From: Eledone cirrhosa | Taxonomy: Eukaryota | Assembly (NCBI GenBank): GCA_964016885.1 | Contig: OZ024764.1 | Span: forward strand, 22,940,001 to 23,004,000 | Length of the DNA: 64,000 nucleotides | Reading direction: 5' to 3' | Part shown: in pieces, positions 1 through 10,424 of the stretch | How the letters are laid out: each line of letters starts with the position of its first letter | Numbering within the stretch: the first letter of the stretch is position 1 | The notes under the pieces: generated by a model | What the model was told of the DNA's origin: nothing | Seen by the model: the letters and a program-made list of their open reading frames with translations, nothing else | The model's database searches: none | Position numbers and translations under genes: made by a program

Positions 1-21
1 TAATGTGAATACTAAAGGGTT

Positions 22-887
22 AATCTAATGTCACTAATAACTACTTTTATCAGTCAGTATAATCTAATCTCACTAATAACTACTTTTATCTGTCAGTTTA
101 ATCTAATGTCACTAATAACTACTTTTATCTGTCAGTATAATCTAATGTCACTAATAACTACTTTTATCAGTCAGTATAATCTACTGTCACTAATAACTAC
201 TTTTATCTGTCAGTATAATCTACTGTCACTAATAACTACTTTTATCAGTCAGTTTAATCTACTGTCACTAATAACTACTTTTATCAGTCAGTTTAATCTA
301 ATGTCACTAATAACTACTTTTATCAGTCAGTATAATCTAATGTCACTAATAACTACTTTTATCAGTCAGTTTAATCTAATGTCACTAATAATTACTTTTA
401 TCTGTCAGTATAATCTAATGTCACTAATAACTACTTTTATCTGTCAGTATAATCTAATGTCACTAATAACTACTTTTATCTGTCAGTATAATCTAATGTC
501 ACTAATAACTACTTTTATCAGTCAGTTTAATCTAATGTCACTAATAACTACTTTTATCTGTCAGTATAATCTAATGTCACTAATAACTACTTTTATCAGT
601 CAGTATAATCTACTGTCACTAATAACTACTTTTATCTGTCAGTATAATCTAATGTCACTAATAACTACTTTTATCAGTCAGTTTAATCTAATGTCACTAA
701 TAACTACTTTTGTCAGTCAGTTTAATCTACTGTCACTAATAACTACTTTTATCAGTCAGTATAATCTACTGTCACTAATAATTACTTTTATCAGTCAGTT
801 TAATCTAATGTCACTAATAACTACTTTTATCAGTCAGTATAATCTAATATCACTAATAACTACTTTTATCAGTCAGTATAATCTAAT
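22..887. repeat. 39-bp intronic minisatellite (unit 1, left part, ~22 copies)
   Basis: Tandem AATCTAATGTCACTAATAACTACTTTTATC(A/T)GTCAGT(A/T)T; interrupted at ~887 by the (AAT)n tail of a CR1 LINE. Confidence 0.97.
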
Positions 888-3800
888 AATAATAATAATA
901 ATAATAATGAAATTATTGTGTACAGTGCTCAGGTGCACTACAACTCATCAATGGTGCATGTATAGTACATAGAATAATGTACAAATGTCAGGAAAATAAA
1001 CAGTGTATGAGTCATGATATAATAACAATAACAATAATGAAATATTGTGCACAGTGCCCAGGTGCACCACAACCCATCAAAAAAGTGCATGTACAGTACA
1101 TAGGGTAATGCACAAACATCAGTAAAATGAACAGTGCACAAGTCATGATACACACATGTGTGCATGTGTATGGAAGGGGTACATCAGGTGTAGTTTTGGC
1201 GTATTTCGGGAAGCATGAGTGTCTTAAAGGATGCAGTGTCTCGGCAGCTAACAATTGACGCAGGTAGTTTGTTCCATGCTTCAGCAACTCTGAGCGTGAA
1301 AAAATGTCTGCGAAAGTCATGGGAGCTGTGCTGTTTTCTTATCTTGTAGGCATGTCCACGTGTGTTAGACACATGGAGATCAAAGAGGCGCTCAGGGTTG
1401 CAGTTGGCGAGATGGTTAAAAACTTTGTGGGTATTCACCAAGTCCATTGCCAGACGTCGGAGCTTCAATGAATCCATGCCCAGGGAAGCAAGGCGTTCAG
1501 AGTATGGTAGGTGTCTGATGGAGGGTATGCGCTTGGTTGCACGTCTCTGAACAGTTTCCAGGAGGTCAATGTTCCGAGCAAGATAGGGGTTCCAGACTGA
1601 TGATGCGAATTCCAAGTGTGGTCGCACCATAGCTGTATACAGTTTTAAATAGATGGCTGGAGAGCGGCTAACAAAGGTCTTGCTGAGCGATGCCAAGACA
1701 CCCTCGGCCTTCTTGACAATCTTAGAGACATGCTTTGTCCAACGCAAATCGTTGCTGACAGTAATGCCCAGGTCACGTTCACAAGAGGACTTTTTGATGT
1801 CAGTGTTGTGGAGGGAGTATGTGGACGCTGGATTTTTCCTTCCAAAATGCATGGTGGTACACTTGTCCACAGCCAGCTTCAGTTGCCAGTCTGTGATCCA
1901 TTGCTGCATTGTGTCCAGGTCTGATTGTAGGAAAGAGTTGTAAATTTCAGGATCAGTCCTTTTGATTTCAAGGTACAGCTTGATGTCATCTGCATATTTT
2001 AGTACCGTGGCATTCTGTAAGTTGGCATCTATGTCATTAATATATGCCACAAACAAAAGAGGACCAAGAACAGATCCCTGTGGTACACCAGATGACATCT
2101 CATATGGTGAAGAATGCTGTCCTAGAACCGTGACTACTTCCTTTCGGCTGAGAATGAAGGATTTCAGCCAGTCGAAAAGATCATCCCAGAGTTTTGCCAT
2201 AAGTCTTTTGTGTGGCACAGAATTAAAAGCCTTAGCAAAGTCAAGGTAAACAACATCCACCCATGAGCCGCTGTCAGTGATCCGGGTGATGTCCTCAAGG
2301 AACTCGATAAGCTAATCACAGCAGCTGGAGTTAGGGATAAATCCAAACTGTGAGGGCCGGATGAGGCTGTGAGAGCTCCAGAAGTTCCAAAGTGTTTCTC
2401 TGACACAGGATTCCATCAGTTTGGCCATACAGCTAGTAAGACTGACTGGACGATAGTTGACAGGTGACATGCGGTTGCCCTTTTTGAACAGGGGAATGAC
2501 ACTAGCAGTTTTCCACTGCTCCGGAGTAGCACCATTGCTGAGACAGTATTGAAAGAAAAAAGAAAGCTGGCGCAAAAGGAAATCCCCGCCACGTTTGAGA
2601 AGCAGGTATGTCACACCATCAAGACCAGGGGAGGCATAGTTGCGCTTATTCTTAAGGTGACGTCGCAACATTGCAGGTGTAAATTCCATAGTTGTTATGG
2701 AATTTGATGTTAGAGATGGTGGAGATGGTACATTCTGGTTTTCAACAGTAAAAATACTTGCATAGCACTCAGCAATGAGTTCTGCGCATTCCTTGGGATC
2801 ATCAGTGATCTGGCTTGTGTGGGGATTGCGAAGAGGACCAACTGGAGAGTGAGGTCTCTGCTTTGAATGAACATATTTCCAGAACACCTTACTGTCAGGA
2901 TTGGTTGCGATGCACTGTTCAAATTCAAGCACTGCCTTCTTTGTCACTTGCTTGAGATGGTTAGAAGATTTATTCCGCTTTTGTCTGTTGGCATCTGATC
3001 TATGCAGTTTGTATTCCCGTTCAGCGTTCCGACGTTCTTTCCTGGCAAGTCGGACCGCTGAAGTTTCCCAGATTGCACTTTTGGGGTGGTTATTTTTCCG
3101 CTTCCATGGCACTGATGCTGCACACGCTATCCATATTGAGTCCAGGATGCTCTGGAGTATAGAGTTCACATCTCCAGAGTTATACATCTCATGCCAGTTT
3201 GGGCGCTGTAGCTCAGTGCAGTACAAGTTCCAATCCGCCCTCTTCCAATCAAAGCAAGCAGATTGGAGATGGCCCTGGTTTTTGTTGCTGCCCTCAAGTG
3301 CCAGATTGGCAATGATCATAGCATGATCAGAGTCGCCTAGAGGTTCTTCAGTAGTACAACTGATAACCACTTCAGGAGTAGTGGTGAAGATCAGGTCCAA
3401 AGTGTTGTCACCTCTTGTTGGAGAGGTGACTACTTGTGACTAGTTTGAGTCCAGCACTAGTTCAAGGAAATCGTTTGCACCCTGTGGCCAACGAAAGGTT
3501 TCCCAATCGATCTCAGGATGATTGAAGTCACCTGCAATAAACACATAAGTGGCTGTTTTCTTGGCAGCAACTCTGAGGATATCGCAAATCTGTGTGTCCT
3601 GATGGTAGTTTGGGGGGCGATAAACAACACCAAGCAGAAGTGTTGACATGGTCATACGTATGTCACAGAAAAAAACTTCCTGTGATTCGTTCAAATCAAC
3701 GCAAGGAATTACCGAAAAGTTTGAACGAACGTAGACCATCACACCACCACCACGGCGGTTAATGCGGTCCTTGCGGAAAAGTTGTACCCAGTAATGGTGA

Positions 3801-4269
3801 AAACCCCATCACAGAGTAAGGAATGTGCCCATGTTTCCGTGACTGTGATGAAGTCAGGGTCGATGCTTCTGACGTAGGATTCGAACAGATGTATCTTGTT
3901 GCATAAACTGCGAGCATTTAATGACAACAATTTGTACCCTGCTCGCAGTTTATTATGGTGTGTAGAGGGTGGCAGGTTGTTCTGGTTTAGTTTCCCAGAG
4001 TTGTAGCAGTTTTTACATTGCCAGTTATTGTGGGTAGAGCACACTCAGACCTGCTGGTATCTCTCTTCCACGTTTCACCAGCCTTGACAAACCTCCAGAT
4101 CTGCCCATCATCACGCAGACTGAAACTTTCATCTTGTGCTGAGTTCCGATTCAAGGAAGCTGCAGCACGTAGTTTTGGACGTACATGGGGTGGTAGGCCT
4201 GGGCGTGTTCGGAAGGTAATCCGATTTTCACGCCCAGCTTTGGCAGAGGCCAGATGATATGAGGTTGCC
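888..4269 (-). mobile_element. CR1-clade LINE, 5'-truncated, ORF2 (APE + RT) disrupted
   Basis: Minus-strand ORF pieces: LNARSL/TETW, GDFN (APE); YRPVSLTS, YLDFAKAF, GVPQGSVLGP, YADD (RT); ORF1 tail 3987-4268; (ATT)n 3' tail; internal stops and frameshifts. Confidence 0.93.
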
Positions 4270-5035
4270 TCTAATGTCACTAATAACTACTTTTATCAGT
4301 CAGTATAATCTAATGTCACTAATAACTACTTTTATCAGTCAGTATAATATAATGTCACTAATAACTACTTTTATCAGTCTGTTTAATCTAATTTCACTAA
4401 TAACTACTTTTATCAGTCAGTTTAATCTAAAGTCACTAATAACTACTTTTATCAGTCAGTATAATCTAATGTCACTAATAACTACTTTTATCTGTCAGTA
4501 TAATCTAAAGTCACTAATATCTACTTTTATCTGTCAGTATAATCTAAAGTCACTAATAACTACTTTTATCTGTCAGTATAATCTAAAGTCACTAATAACT
4601 ACTTTTATCAGTCAGTATAATCTAATGTCACTAATAACTATTTTTATCTGTCAGTTTAATCTAAAGTCACTAATAACTACTTTTATCAGTCAGTATAATC
4701 TAATGTCACTAATAACTACTTTTATCTGTCAGTATAATCTAATGTCACTAATAACTACTTTTATCAGTCAGTATAATCTAATGTCACTAATAACTACTTT
4801 TATCTGTCAGTATAATTTAATGTCACTAATAACTACTTTTATCAGTCTGTTTAATCTAATTTCACTAATAACTACTTATATCTGTCAGTATAATCTAATG
4901 TCACTAATAACTACTTTTATCAGTCAGTTTAATCTAATGTCACTAATAACTACTTTTATCAGTCAGTTTAATCTAATGTCACTAATAACTACTTTTATCA
5001 GTCAGTTTAATCTAATGTCACTAACAACTAACCTA
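4270..5035. repeat. 39-bp intronic minisatellite (unit 1, right part, ~20 copies)
   Basis: Same unit resumes at TCTAATGTCAC directly after the LINE 5' end. Confidence 0.97.
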
Positions 5036-5149
5036 TGTTAGTCAGCACATTCTTCACCAAGGAAGGCCTTAGTATTTATTACAGTCCATTTATCAATATA
5101 GAAATATTATATGAATTTTGTACTGATGTATTATAAGTTTCTGAGTATC

Positions 5150-5174
5150 TTATAATGTTCTTTTATTATTTCAG
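5150..5174 (+). promoter_or_regulatory. Putative 3' splice acceptor of the ZNF terminal exon (unit 1)
   Basis: TTCTTTTATTATTTCAG, conserved at 26445 and 47949; an alternative acceptor-like TCTTTTAG-TAG-GAG lies just before the ATG. Confidence 0.55.
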
Positions 5175-5989
5175 AATACCAGAGGACATTGGCATTAAAG
5201 AGCACGTTACATCAGACATATCCTCAACATTAACCATTTCTAATGAAAGACACTACCCATCATTTTCAAATAATTTTGAAAACACTCAACACTTTGAAGG
5301 GATTTAATAATATAACTAAATTTCTCAGTATTAAGCTGCTATTTGGAACATAACTTTGCACAATTTCATGAAGTTACAATGGAAAGTTTTTAGATAAATA
5401 TAAAGACTGGTATGAAAAGGATAAAACACTTTTATATCAGTTGTTTCATCAACACCATTATTTAAAGACTAAAGGAAGCTGTTATACAGAACAGATACAA
5501 CCTTGTTTATATAAATCTATGGGAGAAATACTGTGAAATATTTCTTGTAAACTCAATAACACTTCTATTCTTTGCTGTCTGGAATATGTAGAAGATACAA
5601 AATAAAGCTGAAAAAATTTACACATGATTTTGTAAGATCTTCATATATTGACAAAGATGATAGTTGATGGAACTACAGGAGTAGAAATATTTCCATTATT
5701 ACAGGAATAACTAATCAAATGAAAACTAGAAAAATTAGATTCTTCACTGTCTGGAATATGTTCAAGATGATTTTATATGTATATTAAACTTGAAGACATC
5801 TACAAAACAGTTTGTATCATCTTTAAACATAAAGAAAGACCAAGTTGATGGAAATATATCTGGAGGAATATGTTTTAGGAATAATATTATAAACATAAAG
5901 AAGAAAAATATTCATATATTGCGAGGAGAAAAATATTAAAACTGAATTATGTGAGAAACTGAGGTGATTGATATCTTTTAGTAGGAGTT

Positions 5990-7273
5990 ATGTCGAAAAA
6001 TATAGTAAAATCACCATTCCACTGTGATATCTGTGGTAAATCATTCTCTCGTAGTAATCACCTAACTACTCACAAACGTATTCATACAGGAGAGAAGCCT
6101 TATAAGTGTGATATCTGTAACAAATCATTCAGTCACAGTAGTAGCGTCAGAGTTCACAAACAAATTCATACAGGAGAGAAACCATATCACTGTGATATCT
6201 GTGGTAAATCATTCAGTTGCAGTAATACCTTAACTAATCACAAACGTATTCATACAGGAGAGAAAACATATCACTGTGACATCTGTGGTAAATCATTCTC
6301 TCATAGTAGTCACCTAACTACTCACAAACGTATTCATACAGGAGAGAAACCATATCATTGTGACAGCTGTGGTAAATCATTCTCTCATAGTCATAACCTA
6401 ACTACTCACAAACGTATTCATACAGGAGAGAAGCCTTATAAGTGTGATATCTGTAACAAATCATTCAGTCACAGTAGTAGCGTCAGAGTTCACAAACAAA
6501 TTCATACAGGAGAGAAGACACATCACTGTGATATCTGTAGTAAATCATTCTCTTTCAGATATAGCTTAACTAATCACAAACATATTCATACAGGAGAGAA
6601 ACCATATCACTGTGACATCTGTGGTAATTCATTCTCTCAGAGTAATAACCTAACTACTCACAAACATATTCATACAGGAGAGAAACCATATCACTGTGAC
6701 ATCTGTGGTAAATCATTCTCTCAGAGTCATCACCTAACTACTCACAAACGTATTCATACAGGAGAGAAACCATATCATTGTGACAGCTGTGGTAAATCAT
6801 TCTCTCATAGTCATAACCTAACTACTCACAAACGTATTCATACAGGAGAGAAGCCTTATAAGTGTGATATCTGTAACAAATCATTCAGTCAGAGTAGTAG
6901 CGTCAGAGTTCACAAACAAATTCATACAGGAGAGAAGCCATATCACTGTGACATCTGCGGTAAATCATTCTCTGACAGAAGTAGCTTTGTTAAACACCAT
7001 CGTATTCATACAGGAGAGAAGCCATATCATTGTGACATCTGTGGTAAATCATTCGCTGACAGAACTAGCTTAGCTACCCACAAACGTACTCATACAAGAG
7101 AGAAGCCATATCACTGTGACATCTGTGGTAAATCATTCTCTCATAGTAATACCTTAGCTACCCACAAACGTACTCATACAGGAGAGAAGCCATATCCCTG
7201 TGACATCTGTGGTAAATCATTCTCTCAAAGTAGTACCTTAACCAAGCATGTGTGTATTCTTACAGAAGTTTAG
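5990..7273 (+). CDS. Tandem C2H2 zinc-finger protein, 15 fingers (last lacks the second His), no effector domain
   Basis: 427-aa ORF of CxxC-x12-HxxxH repeats with TGEKP linkers after a 9-aa leader; AATAAA at 7543. Confidence 0.92.
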   Translation: MSKNIVKSPFHCDICGKSFSRSNHLTTHKRIHTGEKPYKCDICNKSFSHSSSVRVHKQIHTGEKPYHCDICGKSFSCSNTLTNHKRIHTGEKTYHCDICGKSFSHSSHLTTHKRIHTGEKPYHCDSCGKSFSHSHNLTTHKRIHTGEKPYKCDICNKSFSHSSSVRVHKQIHTGEKTHHCDICSKSFSFRYSLTNHKHIHTGEKPYHCDICGNSFSQSNNLTTHKHIHTGEKPYHCDICGKSFSQSHHLTTHKRIHTGEKPYHCDSCGKSFSHSHNLTTHKRIHTGEKPYKCDICNKSFSQSSSVRVHKQIHTGEKPYHCDICGKSFSDRSSFVKHHRIHTGEKPYHCDICGKSFADRTSLATHKRTHTREKPYHCDICGKSFSHSNTLATHKRTHTGEKPYPCDICGKSFSQSSTLTKHVCILTEV

Positions 7274-7542
7274 CTGTATCAATATCAAACTCATTACATC
7301 ATACTACAACAACAACAACAATTGTGTAGATCCATCATCCTTGCTAAAACTGAGGATAACCTTGTAGGTTTTACCTATGACAGAGATCATAAACACCAGG
7401 TTTCCATTTTTGAAGCAGTGTTTGAAGATTTTGTGTAAATTAAAGTTTTTCACATTAAACTTTGATTTATTATACTTTAACAGGTAAGATATATATTTGT
7501 ATTTTTAGTAAAGGTTGGGAACTTCTGTAATTTAAACCTGCC

Positions 7543-7570
7543 AATAAAATGAAAACTTTTGTTGTTGCTA
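7543..7570 (+). terminator. Putative polyadenylation signal with GU-rich downstream element
   Basis: AATAAA followed by TTTTGTTGTTG; conserved after ZNF2 (~28896) and ZNF3 (~49719). Confidence 0.55.
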
Positions 7571-7919
7571 GTCAGACATTGATATTAATTCTATTGTCCT
7601 GTACATTGTCTCAAATATCACAGATTAAACAGATTTTAACAATAACAACAGAAATCAATAACTTGTAAGCCTAATATCTAGCTTCCATTTTAACCATTTG
7701 ATATTGTTGTTCCCCTCCTGTCTCTTCAGGTCTTTTAGATTTCAACTTCTATCTACTATACTATTCCATCACCAAGGCAACATTCATCTGGCTGGCAGCT
7801 TACATCAACTACAAATCTCATCAGTGGTTCACAACAGGCTGTCTGAAAGAAACTTCCAGATATCTTCTATGTCAGAGCCATCAATCTCCTCCTCCTTATC
7901 ATATGTATCATGTAGAACA

Positions 7920-8345
7920 TCTCTGAATTTATATTTAACAGGGAGATCTTTTACTGTCCCTACCCTTTTCTCTAGGTTGTCTTGTACCTCTCTCACAGTC
8001 CCTCTAGATCTTATATTTAACAGGGAGATCTTTTACTATCTCTACCCTTTTCTCTAGGTTGTCTTGTACCAGTCTCACAGTCCCTCTAGATCTTATATTT
8101 AACAGGGATATCTTTTACTGTCCCTACCCTTTTCTCTAGGTTGTCTTGAGCCTCTCACAGTCCCTGTAGATCTTATATTTAACAGGGAGATATTTTACTA
8201 TCCCTACCCTTTTCTCTAGGTGGTGTTGTACCTCTCACAGTCCCTGTAGATCTTATATTTAACAGGGAGATCGTTTACTCTCCAACCCTTCTTTCTACAG
8301 ATAGTCTTGTATCTGTCAGTCCCTCTAGATATTACACCTAGTATC
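7920..8345. repeat. ~80-82-bp minisatellite (~5 copies; paralogs ~29265-29620 and ~50085-50360)
   Basis: ATATTTAACAGGGA recurs at 7931, 8013, 8095, 8175 and 8255. Confidence 0.9.
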
Positions 8346-8624
8346 TAGTCTATGTTGAGTGGTACGTCCTTCTCCAGTAAAGGAGTTAATATTCCCAACC
8401 ATCTGTCTATCCTGTTTTCTGATGAGAATGAAGTCAATCTAGTTTATCTCTTCACCTGATTGAAGTAACTAGATCAAGTAACTAGATGGTTTCCTGTAAG
8501 TTAGTGTTGCAGTGTTTGTGTCACCATGTAAGGTTTATATCTATTAATATAGAGATGTAGTAAAGTTTTCACTGTTGTATCTCTACTTTCTAAATATCTT
8601 AATAATGTTTCTCTACTATTTCAG

Positions 8625-9065
8625 AATATCACATGACTTTGACAGAAAAGAGTCTTTTAAAGACAACAGAAAGATGTTACATACAAGTGATATAAACTTG
8701 TTTAGTCTGTGGTGAATTATGGTGAAATATTTCTTCTGAATTGAGATAAATAACAACATTTTTCTTTTTCACTGTCTGGAATATTTACAAGATGATTTTA
8801 CATTCTGATTAAACTTTGGATATTTACAAAGGAGTTTTCAAAATATTGGATATTGACAACGATCTCATTTGATAAAATTATGAACAATAGAAATATTTAC
8901 ATCAACATAGGAATATTTTCCAGTAGAGATGGGAAAATCATTATACCACTGTAATATTTGTGGTAAAGTATTCTCTCTTCTTCATATGTAGAACATCTAA
9001 CTAAACACTTTAACTAACAAACTATTGTGCTATAGAATTGACAAACTTGAAGAATGTTTAATAAA
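8625..9065 (+). pseudogene. Decayed second ZNF terminal exon (unit 1)
   Basis: Acceptor TACTATTTCAG/AATATC similar to the ZNF exon acceptor; blocks similar to the ZNF 5' UTR; MGKSLYHCNICGKVFS...HLTKH remnant at ~8929-9009; AATAAA at 9060. Confidence 0.7.
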
Positions 9066-9119
9066 TGTTACAGATTTCTCCAAACTGTCGTTTACTAACT
9101 TTAATTTGAAGCTATATTA

Positions 9120-9491
9120 TCTATATACTACTAAAACTCTGTGATCGTGTCTTGTCTGTAATTTAATACAGCTAAAACAGTGCATAATGGGGAAATACTT
9201 TGAAAAGAATAAAACAAGTTTTGTATAAATTGGAGCACAGGTTCCCAAGATACGGGGTTTTCTGAGTACCTTGATAAATATAGGGAGAGAAAGAGATAGT
9301 GGTTGTGAGAGTGAGGAGACAGATGGAAGAGAGAGTGAGAGCTGGTGGTGTTTAATAAAATATGTGTGTGTGTATATATGTATATATATATATACGTATG
9401 TGTATATTTTAACTATTTAAAAACTATTTTAAAATGATATTTAAAAAATAGTTTTAAGGGAACGTGACAGAACAGGTCCCAGGTCGTCTAG
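9120..9491 (+). mobile_element. Non-autonomous Helitron-like element (paralogs 30390-30758, 51137-51497; partial 34399-34470; minus-strand 3' end at 59145)
   Basis: A|TCTATATACTACTAAAA start, GC-rich subterminal segment, CTAG|T end, internal microsatellites, no TSD. Confidence 0.65.
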
Positions 9492-9895
9492 TTTGTTACT
9501 AAATACTAGATATTAGAGGGTCATGTTCTAGATGTGCTGGAAGAGCCATTCCATCTCGTGAGGCTCACACCAGCAGCTAGCCACCTCAGCACCTATGGTG
9601 GTATATTTATTATATTATTTATTCTTTATCATTAATATTAATATAAAAGATAATTATATATTTTTAGAGAAGAACCTCTAATTTCTTATAGCTTAGGGCT
9701 TCAGTAGGTAAAAGTCTGGCCCTGCTTGTCTTGTATTTTTTAGGGGAGAAGTTAGGGAATACTGTTATTGTGTGAAAGTTTTCTAAATCTTCTTCAGCCA
9801 CTAACATGGAGAAGATATTTCAGTAAAAAGGTTCACATCCTGACATCTATAGCTGTTAACAATGAGATTGGAATTCATTATTAAACAAATGTTAT

Positions 9896-10355
9896 ATCAT
9901 CATCACTGTTTTACATCATTTTTTCCACGCTGGCATGGGTTAGACGAGTTATCCTGTTGTAAGCAATGCCAGGTCAGGTGACCACGTGTTGCTTCTACAG
10001 AACCAATTTTGGTTTGGTTTCTACAGCTGGATGCCCTTTCTAGCACCAACCTTATTTACATTGAGTACTGGGTGCTTTTTACCATCTCACCAACTCGACC
10101 ACTTCACAGTGTGGGCTGGGTACTTTTTAACTTTTTGTCATGATACCTACAGTACCACTTTACAGTGAGTACTGGGTAATTTCTGTTGTGACTCCTACTT
10201 GACCACTTTACAGTGAGTACTGGGTACTTTATGTCATGACACCTACAGTACCACTTTACAGTGTGGACTGGATACTTTTTGTTGTGACACCTACACGACC
10301 TCTTTACAGTGTTGGCAGTGAAATATCTAATGCACCAGCTTCAGTAATCAGAAGA
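9896..10355 (-). mobile_element. RTE-related SINE-like element with internal 49-bp tandem array (paralogs ~31166-31980, ~34874-35429, ~51904-52718)
   Basis: Minus-strand 3' end with (GAT)n resembles the RTE 3' end at 13125-13185; AGGAAGGGCATCCA motif and array unit resemble 60835-60905. Confidence 0.65.
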
Positions 10356-10424
10356 TCGCTGTTTTCTATATTATAATTTTATAATATACATATACACACA
10401 CAAACACAAATATATATATATATA

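Noticed and set aside
28-972. Long ORFs of MSLITTFISQYNL repeats (also 4259-5041, 24891-25931, 47361-47816)
   Set aside because: By-product of a stop-free 39-bp unit; copy number varies freely, a LINE interrupts one array, and there is no unique domain
8418-8445. CTGATGA motif as another hammerhead core
   Set aside because: No stem II followed by GAAA and no closing stem I
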